DNA of 22,058 nt from Paraphysomonas bandaiensis (GCA_965644295.1 CBFFRP010000529.1:1-22058), one strand, 5' to 3'. Positions 12,418-21,888 are shown, counted from the stretch's first letter. The notes: a model not told the origin generated them from the sequence alone. Made by a program: numbers and translations.

Positions 12418-14564
12418 CATCCTGAATTATATTGTCGCAAATGGTACTTGTGCCTCTCGTCCTGAACCATCAGATGCCATTTCTACTGTTGTAGCTCCCG
12501 TCGTGTGTCATCTGAAGTCATTACAGATATTGTTCCAGATGATACTGGTGCCTCTCGTCGTCCTGAAACATCTAATGCAAGTTCTACTGTTATTGCTGCC
12601 GTCGTGTGTCGTCTAAAGCCATGACCGATATTGTCCCACATGATACTAATGGTTCTCGTCCTGAAACATCTGATTCCATTTCTACGGTAATTGCTGCCGT
12701 CGTGTGTCATCTGAAGTCATTACAGATATTGTCCCAGATGATACTGATGGTTTTCGTCGTCCGGAACCATCAGATGCAATTACTACTGTAATTGCTTCCG
12801 TCGCGTGTCGTCTAAAGCCATGACTGATATTGTCCCAGATGATACTGATGGTTCTCGTCGTCCTGAAACAACTGATGCCAATTATACTGTTATTGCTGCC
12901 GTCGTGTGTCATCTGAAGTCATTACTGATATTGTCCTAGATGGTTCTCGTCCAGAAACATCTGATGCCATTTTTACTGTTATTGCTGCCGTCGTGTGTCA
13001 TCTTAAGCCATGACTGATATTGTCCCAGATGATACTGATGGTTCTCGTCGTCCGGAAGCAACTGATGCCATTTTTACTGTTATTACTGCCGTTGTGTGTC
13101 ATCTGAAGTCATTACTGATATTGTCCTAGATGGTTCTCGTCCAGAAACATCTGATTCCATTTCTACGGTAATTGCTGCCGTCGTGTGTCATCTGAAGTCA
13201 TTACAGATATTGTCCCAGATGATACTGATGGTTCTCGTCGTCCTGAAACATCTAATGCAAGTTCTACTGTTGTAGCTCCCGTCGTGTGTCATCTGAAGTC
13301 ATTACAGATATTGTTCCAGATGATACTGGTGCCTCTCGTCGTCCTGAAACATCTAATGCAAGTTCTACTGTTATTGCTGCCGTCGTGTGTCGTCTAAAGC
13401 CATGACCGATATTGTCCCACATGATACTAATGGTTCTCGTCCTGAAACATCTGATTCCATTTCTACGGTAATTGCTGCCGTCGTGTGTCATCTGAAGTCA
13501 TTACAGATATTGTCCCAGATGATACTGATGGTTCTCGTCGTCCGGAACCATCAGATGCAATTACTACTGTAATTGCTTCCGTCGCGTGTCGTCTAAAGCC
13601 ATGACTGATATTGTCCCAGATGATACTGATGGTTCTCGTCGTCCTGAAACAACTGATGCCAATTATACTGTTATTGCTGCCGTCGTGTGTCATCTGAAGT
13701 CATTACTGATATTGTCCTAGATGGTTCTCGTCCAGAAACATCTGATGCCATTTTTACTGTTATTGCTGCCGTCGTGTGTCATCTTAAGCCATGACTGATA
13801 TTGTCCCAGATGATACTGATGGTTCTCGTCGTCCGGAAGCAACTGATGCCATTTTTACTGTTATTACTGCCGTCGTGTGTCATCTGAAGTCATTACTGAT
13901 ATTGTCCTAGATGGTTCTCGTCCAGAAACATCTGATTCCATTTCTACGGTAATTGCTGCCGTCGTGTGTCATCTGAAGTCATTACAGATATTGTCCCAGA
14001 TGATACTGATGGTTCTCGTCGTCCGGAACCATCAGATGCAATTACTACTGTAATTGCTTCCGTCGCGTGTCGTCTAAAGCCATGACTGATATTGTCCCAG
14101 ATGATACTGATGGTTCTCGTCGTCCTGAAACAACTGATGCCAATTATACTGTTATTGCTGCCGTCGTGTGTCATCTGAAGTCATTACTGATATTGTCCTA
14201 GATGGTTCTCGTCCAGAAACATCTGATGCCAATTATACTGTAATCGCTGCCGTCGTGTGTCATCTTAAGCCATGACTGATATTGTCCCAGATGATACTGA
14301 TGGTTCTCGTCGTCCGGAAGCAACTGATGCCATTTATACTGTTATTACTGCCGTCGTGTGTCATCTGAAGTCATTACTGATATTGTCCTAGATGGTTCTC
14401 GTCCAGAAACATCTGATGCCATTTTTACTGTTATTGCTGCCGTCGTGTGTCGTCTAAAGCCATGACCGATATTGTCCCAAATGATACTGATGGTTCTCGT
14501 CGTCCTGAAACAACTGATGCCATTTCTACTGTTATTGCTGCCGTCGTGTGTTGTCCGAATCCAT

Positions 14565-14639
14565 GACACACAAGAAAGCGAGAGGGGTTCAAGTCACTTA
14601 ATCCGCTTCGTCAATTTTTCTCTCGTCTTCTTGTGTGTC
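14565..14639 (+). ncRNA. Pre-miRNA-like hairpin, copy 11
   Basis: Same sequence as 979-1053. Confidence 0.55.
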
Positions 14640-15925
14640 CATCCTGAATTATATTGTCGCAAATGGTACTTGTGCCTCTCGTCCTGAACCATCAGATGCC
14701 ATTTCTACTGTTGTAGCTCCCGTCGTGTGTCATCTGAAGTCATTACAGATAGTGTTCCAAATGATACTGGTGCCTCTCGTCGTCCTGAAACATCTAATGC
14801 AAGTTCTACTGTTATTGCTGCCGTCGTGTGTCAACTGAAGTCATTACAGATATTGTTCCAGATGATACTGGTGGTTCTCGTCCTGAACCATCAGATGCCA
14901 TTTCTACTGTTGTAGCTGCCGTCGTGTGTCATCTGAAGTCATTACAGATAGTGTTCCAAATGATACTGGTGCCTCTCGTCGTCCTGAAACATCTAATGCA
15001 AGTTCTACTATTATTGCTGCCGTCGTGTGTCAACTGAAGTCATTACAGATATTGTTCCAGATGATACTGGTGCCTCTCGTCGTCCTGAAACAACTGATGC
15101 CATTTATACTGTTATTGCTGCCGTCGTGTGTCGCCTAAAGCCATGACCGATATTGTCCCAGATGATACTGATGGTTCTCGTCGTCCTGAAACATCTAATG
15201 CAAGTTCTACTGTTATTGCTGCCGTCGTGTGTCGTCTAAAGCCATGACCGATATTGTCCCACATGATACTAATGGTTCTCGTCCTGAAACATCTGATTCC
15301 ATTTCTACGGTAATTGCTGCCGTCGTGTGTCATCTGAAGTCATTACAGATATTGTCCCAGATGATACTGATGGTTCTCGTCGTCCGGAACCATCAGATGC
15401 AATTACTACTGTAATTGCTTCCGTCGCGTGTCGTCTAAAGCCATGACTGATATTGTCCCAGATGATACTGATGGTTCTCGTCGTCCTGAAACAACTGATG
15501 CCAATTATACTGTTATTGCTGCCGTCGTGTGTCATCTGAAGTCATTACTGATATTGTCCTAGATGGTTCTCGTCCAGAAACATCTGATGCCAATTATACT
15601 GTAATCGCTGCCGTCGTGTGTCATCTTAAGCCATGACTGATATTGTCCCAGATGATACTGATGGTTCTCGTCGTCCGGAAGCAACTGATGCCATTTATAC
15701 TGTTATTACTGCCGTCGTGTGTCATCTGAAGTCATTACTGATATTGTCCTAGATGGTTCTCGTCCAGAAACATCTGATGCCATTTCTACTGTTATTGCTG
15801 CCGTCGTGTGTCGTCTAAAGCCATGACCGATATTGTCCCAAATGATACTGATGGTTCTCGTCGTCCTGAAACATCTGATGCCATTTATACTGTTATTGCT
15901 GCCGTCGTGTGTTGTCCGAATCCAT

Positions 15926-16000
15926 GACACACAAGAAAGCGAGAGGGGTTCAAGTCACTTAATCCGCTTCGTCAATTTTTCTCTCGTCTTCTTGTGTGTC
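15926..16000 (+). ncRNA. Pre-miRNA-like hairpin, copy 12
   Basis: Same sequence as 979-1053. Confidence 0.55.
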
Positions 16001-17277
16001 CATCCTGAATTATATTGTCGCAAATGGTACTTGTGCCTCTCGTCCTGAACCATCAGATGCCATTTCTACTGTTGTAGCTCCCGTCGTGTGTCATCTGAAG
16101 TCATTACAGATAGTGTTCCAAATGATACTGGTGCCTCTCGTCGTCCTGAAACATCTAATGCAAGTTCTACTGTTATTGCTGCCGTCGTGTGTCAACTGAA
16201 GTCATTACAGATATTGTTCCAGATGATACTGGTGGTTCTCGTCGTCCGGAACCATCAGATGCCATTTCTACTGTTGTAGCTCCCGTCGTGTGTCATCTGA
16301 AGTCATTACAGATATTGTTCCAGATGATACTGGTGCCTCTCGTCGTCCTGAAACATCTAATGCAAGTTCTACTGTTATTGCTGCCGTCGTGTGTCGTCTA
16401 AAGCCATGACCGATATTGTCCCACATGATACTAATGGTTCTCGTCCTGAAACATCTGATTCCATTTCTACGGTAATTGCTGCCGTCGTGTGTCATCTGAA
16501 GTCATTACAGATATTGTCCCAGATGATACTGGTGGTTCTCGTCGTCCGGAACCATCAGATGCAATTACTACTGTAATTGCTTCCGTCGTGTGTCGTCTAA
16601 AGCCATGACTGATATTGTCCCAGATGATACTGATGGTTCTCGTCGTCCTGAAACAACTGATGCCAATTATACTGTTATTGCTGCCGTCGTGTGTCATCTG
16701 AAGTCATTACTGATATTGTCCTAGATGGTTCTCGTCCAGAAACATCTGATGCCATTTCTACTGTAATCGCTGCCGTCATGTGTCATCTTAAGCCATGACT
16801 GATATTGTCCCAGATGATACTGATGGTTCTCGTCGTCCGGAAGCAACTGATGCCATTTATACTGTTATTACTGCCGTCGTGTGTCATCTGAAGTCATTAC
16901 TGATATTGTCCTAGATGGTTCTCGTCCAGAAACATCTGATGCCATTTCTACTGTAATCGCTGCCGTCATGTGTCATCTTAAGCCATGACTGATATTGTCC
17001 CAGATGATACTGATGGTTCTCGTCGTCCGGAAGCAACTGATGCCATTTATACTGTTATTACTGCCGTCGTGTGTCATCTGAAGTCATTACTGATATTGTC
17101 CTAGATGGTTCTCGTCCAGAAACATCTGATGCCATTTTTACTGTTATTGCTGCCGTCGTGTGTCGTCTAAAGCCATGACCGATATTGTCCCAAATGATAC
17201 TGATGGTTCTCGTCGTCCTGAAACATCTGATGCCATTTATACTGTTATTGCTGCCGTCGTATGTTGCCCGAATCCAT

Positions 17278-17352
17278 GACACACAAGAAAGCGAGAGGGG
17301 TTCAAGTCACTTAATCCGCTTCGTCAATTTTTCTCTCGTCTTCTTGTGTGTC
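17278..17352 (+). ncRNA. Pre-miRNA-like hairpin, copy 13
   Basis: Same sequence as 979-1053. Confidence 0.55.
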
Positions 17353-17658
17353 CATCCTGAATTATATTGTCGCAAATGGTACTTGTGCCTCTCGTCCTGA
17401 ACCATCAGATGCCATTTCTACTGTTGTAGCTCCCGTCGTGTGTCATCTGAAGTCATTACAGATAGTGTTCCAAATGATACTGGTGCCTCTCGTCGTCCTG
17501 AAACATCTAATGCAAGTTCTACTGTTATTGCTGCCGTCGTGTGTCATCTGAAGTCATTACAGATATTGTCCCAGATGATACTGATGGTTCTCGTCGTCCT
17601 GAAACAACTGATGCCATTTCTACTGTTATTGCTGCCGTCGTGTGTTGTCCGAATCCAT

Positions 17659-17733
17659 GACACACAAGAAAGCGAGAGGGGTTCAAGTCACTTAATCCGC
17701 TTCGTCAATTTTTCTCTCGTCTTCTTGTGTGTC
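17659..17733 (+). ncRNA. Pre-miRNA-like hairpin, copy 14
   Basis: Same sequence as 979-1053. Confidence 0.55.
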
Positions 17734-18564
17734 CATCCTGAATTATATTGTCGCAAATGGTACTTGTGCCTCTCGTCCTGAACCATCAGATGCCATTTCT
17801 ACTGTTGTAGCTCCCGTCGTGTGTCATCTGAAGTCATTACAGATAGTGTTCCAAATGATACTGGTGCCTCTCGTCGTCCTGAAACATCTAATGCAAGTTC
17901 TACTGTTATTGCTGCCATCGTGTGTCATCTGAAGTCATTACAGATATTGTTCCAGATGATACTGGTGCCTCTCGTCGTCCGGAACCATCAGATGCCATTT
18001 ATACTGTTATTGCAGCCGTCGTGTGTCGCCTAAAGCCATGACCGATATTGTCCCACATGATACTGATGGTTCTCGTCGTCCTGAACCATCTGATGCCACT
18101 ACTGTTATTGTTGCCGTCGTGTGTCATCTGAAGTCATGACCGATATTGTCCCAGATGATACTGGTGGTTCTCGTCGTCCGGAAACAACTGATACCATTTC
18201 TACTGTTATTGCTCCCGTCGTGTGTCATCTGAAGTCATTACAGATATTGTTCCAGATGATACTGGTGGTTCTCGTCGTCCGGAACCATCAGATGCCATTT
18301 ATACTGTAATTGCTTCCGTCGCGTGTCGTCTAAAGCCATGACCGATATTGTCCCAGATGATACTGATGGTTCTCGTCCTGAAACATCTGATTCCATTTAT
18401 ACTGTTATTGCTGCCGTCGTGTGTCGTCTAAAGCCATGACCGATATTGTCCCAGATGATACTGATGGTTCTCGTCGTCCGGAAGCAACTGATGTCAATTA
18501 TACTGTAATCGCTGCCGTCGTGTGTCATCTGAAGTCATGACCGATATTGTCCCCGGTGGTTCTC

Positions 18565-19587
18565 AGAAAGCAGAATAAAGTCACGTACACCGTAGGGGAA
18601 TACTTCTTCAAGAACAAAGCGATGAAGACCTTCTACCAATGCATCAGACTTCTTCTTTAGAAAATAAATGAACATCATGGTGGAAAAGTCATCTAAAAAC
18701 AACATCCAATAACGCACGCCACCAATACCACGAGTCATAAATGGTCCTTTCAGGTCCACATGAATGATCTGAGCCGGGTATTCCGCACGCATACGTGGGG
18801 ACTTGGACGGTCGAGAGCGTGTTGATTTGGAAATATAATCGACTTCGCAGTGTGGTAATTGGTTGATGTCAATGGAGCGCCATGAGTATGGAAATCCAGT
18901 GATCTTGCCATGTCGGAGGGCATCATAAAGAATGGAGTACGCCGGATGGCCTAATTGCAGATGGAGTAATAAGAACGCATGTGCAGCCTTCGAGATGACC
19001 GGTGCCATTGAACTGCAATTAGGAGGCATCTTAACATTACTATATCTGCTGCGGTCGCGACGAACACACTGACGTTTGGACGGAGGGGTGTGAACTGTGC
19101 CGTCAGCAGAAGACTTTCTAGCAGAGGTACATGGGGTAGGACAATATGACACAGAGAAACCACAACAGCCGGGTGTAGATGAACGAAAAATTGCCTTCAA
19201 ATCATCATGCAAAACGGCTAAAACTGTGGTGCTGAAGGTGGTATCCAACGTGGGTGAAGGGAGTAAATACGGGTCAAAGGATGACGTCGGAATTAACAAA
19301 GCATCGGTGGATGAGCTAACTGTATAGTCTTTGGACGCGTTGGATGTGACAGAGGGATCACTGACGTGACAAATATCGTTCGGAAATCGAGCAACAGGTT
19401 CACAAATTGCAGGACCTTGAATAGGAAGGTTCGCGGTCCAATACCTCATGTCATAATGGAAGTAGATTTGATGTCGGACGCCATTGTACATGATGGAGGC
19501 AACCTTGTCTCCATTGTCCATCTGCCGGAAGTGCCACCCTTGATCAAACATGAGCCCTTCAGAAAGTAAATTCTGGGAGATCTGTGG
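18565..19587 (-). mobile_element. Ty1/copia LTR-retrotransposon pol fragment (end of protease region, GAG-pre-integrase zinc finger, N-terminal half of the rve integrase core), truncated at both ends
   Basis: Lies within ORF 18535..19728(-). PQISQNLLSEGLMFDQGWHF matches the copia 'VP....NLLS' motif. LLHLQLGH...CEVD is an HHCC finger with the last Cys lost. IIHVDLKGPF, RYWMLFLDDFS and IYFLKKKSDA are typical copia rve motifs. It ends at LLSE, where SDxG (second catalytic Asp) is expected. The first ~47 codons of the ORF are antisense LINE sequence and the last ~9 are array sequence. Confidence 0.9.
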
Positions 19588-20381
19588 ACCCATGCTAGGG
19601 GATGTCACCGAACTCCAACACCAATGGGACCTCCACCAATACATCCTCATGCGGGACGGCACGTACCCCGCAAGCGCAAGCCGAGACTCGCAGTACTGGA
19701 CACGCAGCGGCACCAGGCTCCCACACAAACTTCATCCTCTCAAGCCCAATAATTCGTCCAACTGCTATGTCCCATTCCACGACCGCATCCGTGAAACCGC
19801 ATATGTCTGGGACAAATCATACGCGATGGGCAGAAATAGGGCCAAGGGCAAACATGGAGACGAACTCACAACAGCAGCCAAATGCACAGACTGTGACCAC
19901 AACCTGGACAACATGGCGCATATGCTCCTCCACTGTCCACACCCTGAGATCGCCCAACTACGTGAACATGCCTTCCACACACAGCAAACCCAGCTTACAA
20001 AACTCCAAGGGCAACGACAACCCATCCCCTGGCTTCACACCGCCCTACAAAGACTGGCGAGGGCTGCCTGGGATCCCACCACACCCCAGGTTGAGAGATA
20101 CTGGACCGGACAACTAACAGCCTCGTAACTGGCAAATGCTTTCGGACACAACATCTCCACCTCGTTACTCGAACACCAGTTTCATCAGCTCGAAAAATCC
20201 GTCACCAAAGTTCTGCTCCCTCTCTACAATGGAGGGCTAAACATGCTCAAAAACAGAGGCTGTAGATTTCACAGAACAGATGCGACAACAATGACACCAA
20301 CCTCGACTCATGCCAGCTCACAACCACGTCGCACACACACTCCGCCACCAACCCGACGATCCTCCAGCTACTTAAAGCAAC
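19588..20381 (+). mobile_element. Non-LTR retrotransposon (LINE) ORF2 C-terminal fragment with CCHC zinc knuckle (zf-RVT-like); pseudogenised
   Basis: ORF 19550..20128(+) contains CTDCDHNLDNMAHMLLHCPHP (C-X2-C-X8-H-X4-C, 19883-19936). After an in-frame TAA at 20126-20128 the frame stays open (LANAFGHNISTSLLEHQFHQLEK...) to 20389. The strand is strongly C/A-rich. No RT or endonuclease domain is present. Confidence 0.72.
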
Positions 20382-21500
20382 TAATATAGTCAGCAGATAT
20401 ATTGTTCTGCCCACTCATAGCCAAATGCTTGTGTGGTACAAGGGACACTAATAAGTGTCACTTGTGTAGACGTCTTTGGGCCCTGACGAATAAACAGGCA
20501 TCCGGGAATGGGCCCACCTCAAGGGCATCCGGGACAGGGCCCACCAGAAGGGTAACCGGGGTATTGGGCTGCCTGCTGAAGTTAAGCATCCGGGATGTTC
20601 ACCTTAAGAACTCAAAACACCTGAAGTCAGCAGATGTCAGGTATATCAACATTCTGCTTGCTCCCTGCGTTTGCTTTGAGTGATTGATGCTGAGTATGAG
20701 TTCACATTATTCGGTATCTGTGTGGCCAATGACCGAGGTAATGCGTCAAACTTTCCTTATGGATGCATGGCAATGGCAATGATGTGATTAGACCTGTCAT
20801 GTCTTCTCACACGTCTACTGCCTAGTCTTGGTTTCTCCTGACCCAGGTCATTGAGATTATATCAAGGCTCTGGCACTGTTCTCCAAGCAGTGTCAGGTAC
20901 ATTTGTGGTGCTTTTATGTTATTCTTGCTTAGTAGGTTTTCATCCGAGCGGGGAAGGTGCACGGTTTCCTACTAGTGTAAGTCACTCGGGAGAAGAGTGC
21001 AAGGTGGATGCATGTGTTGGATGAGTGCACACAATGGAGGGAAGACATTGGAGTCAGCTTGAATTTGTAACAGATTTTGGTAGATGTCTGTTTCATGCGT
21101 CAGTGTGCAAAATTGCACCAGTGAGACCGCTTCGTGACCGTGGGAGGACCCGGCGCTATAGAGCTACTTTATTCTCCCTTCCAGACTACCTGCTGCTGTG
21201 AACACCACCTTGAAGAGGGCCCTAAAGATCTGCCGCATATACAGGAGACATATGCCGAAGACACCGACCGCAAGTTGTTTGTGTTAGGACAAGTAGATTG
21301 GGTAGGAGCGTATGATCCGGCTTAAACACGCAACTCGTCGTATTCCCATGTAGCTAACTAAATCGTGTTGTATAGTTGAGCACTTGTCGGTGCATGCAAT
21401 AGTAACTAGATGAGAGTCATGTTATGCATAGTGTCGCGCGAGTTGTTAGGTTGGTCGCAGCAACGCACAAGCTTGCGCTTCTTAATAATCAGATTTTCAA
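20382..21500. mobile_element. 1119-bp insertion of unknown identity inside the LINE fragment, flanked by a 13-bp target-site duplication TACTTAAAGCAAC
   Basis: Exact 13-mer at 20369-20381 and 21501-21513. C/A-rich composition stops after the first copy and resumes after the second. No TIR, LTR ends, poly(A) or recognisable ORF seen. Confidence 0.75.
20497..20573. repeat. Short 27-bp-period direct repeat GGCATCCGGGANNGGGCCCACC (two good copies, one degenerate)
   Basis: Copies start at 20497 and 20524, with a degenerate copy at 20551. The core GCATCCGGGA recurs at 20586. Confidence 0.75.
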
Positions 21501-21750
21501 TACTTAAAGCAACATCCACCCCCAGAGCCACGCCCCACACGAGACCCCGCCCTCAACGCAGGCCTGCCAACCCGATCCGGAGGCAGACAACACTCATTTC
21601 CGACAGAACCACAACCACAACTAGTAATCCCAAACCTCCGCTGACACACATCCACAGAATGGCACGTCACCCCCCACACCCCGACTCGCACACGGAACTG
21701 GACCACCAGACACACTACCCAAAGGAAGACCACCTGACTAAACGTAAAAC
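21501..21750 (+). mobile_element. Continuation and probable 3' end of the LINE fragment (Pro/Thr-rich tail, frameshifted)
   Basis: C/A-rich sequence resumes after the TSD. One frame ends ...GTGPPDTLPKGRPPD* (TAA at 21739-21741). The 3' boundary is approximate. Confidence 0.55.
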
Positions 21751-21888
21751 AAGGGATGGTTGCACCAAGGTGCTTGCAGCAATGCACAAGCAGTCCCGAG
21801 ATAACTGAGCATTTCATAATTTGTGTTACAACTAGTCTAAAGTAATAGATAGATAAATGCAACAAGTCCTCTCATGTAATAATCAGAT

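Larger units (their letters stand above)
803..18564. repeat. Large tandem repeat (satellite-like) array, ~101-bp monomer, roughly 170 units, with irregular higher-order structure
   Basis: Example monomer 861-961: GTGTCATCTGAAGTCATTACAGATATTGTCCCAGATGATACTGATGGTTCTCGTCGTCCTGAAACAACTGATGCCAATTATACTGTTATTACTGCCGTCGT. It repeats head to tail from ~803 (TAGATGGTTCTC...) to 18564 (...CCCCGGTGGTTCTC). Variants are 98 bp (minus CGT), 92/89 bp (minus 9, or minus 9 and 3) and 179 bp (hairpin-bearing). The unit count is estimated from length, not counted exactly. Confidence 0.98.

Noticed and set aside
859-18309. About 100 short ORFs of 60-113 aa in the ORF track
   Set aside because: They are repeated translations of the satellite that shift frame at each unit, with no domain similarity or gene structure.
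803-18564. CRISPR array
   Set aside because: There are no unique spacers, the unit is ~101 bp, no cas genes are present, and the context is eukaryotic TE sequence.
19147-19160. Partial match of the hairpin 5' arm to the copia fragment (TGACACAGAGAAAC)
   Set aside because: Only 7-8 contiguous bases plus a gapped extension, which is compatible with chance.
18535-19728. 397-aa ORF as an intact gene
   Set aside because: It is a chimera of antisense LINE, copia and array sequence; the integrase lacks the second Asp and the Glu of the DDE triad.
18951-21865. ORFs 18951-19163, 19097-19327, 19366-19569, 19595-19780, 19602-20117, 19765-20025, 20402-20683, 21134-21325, 21410-21808 and 21497-21865
   Set aside because: These are shadow frames of TE fragments or short ORFs without recognisable motifs; two of them span the insertion junction.
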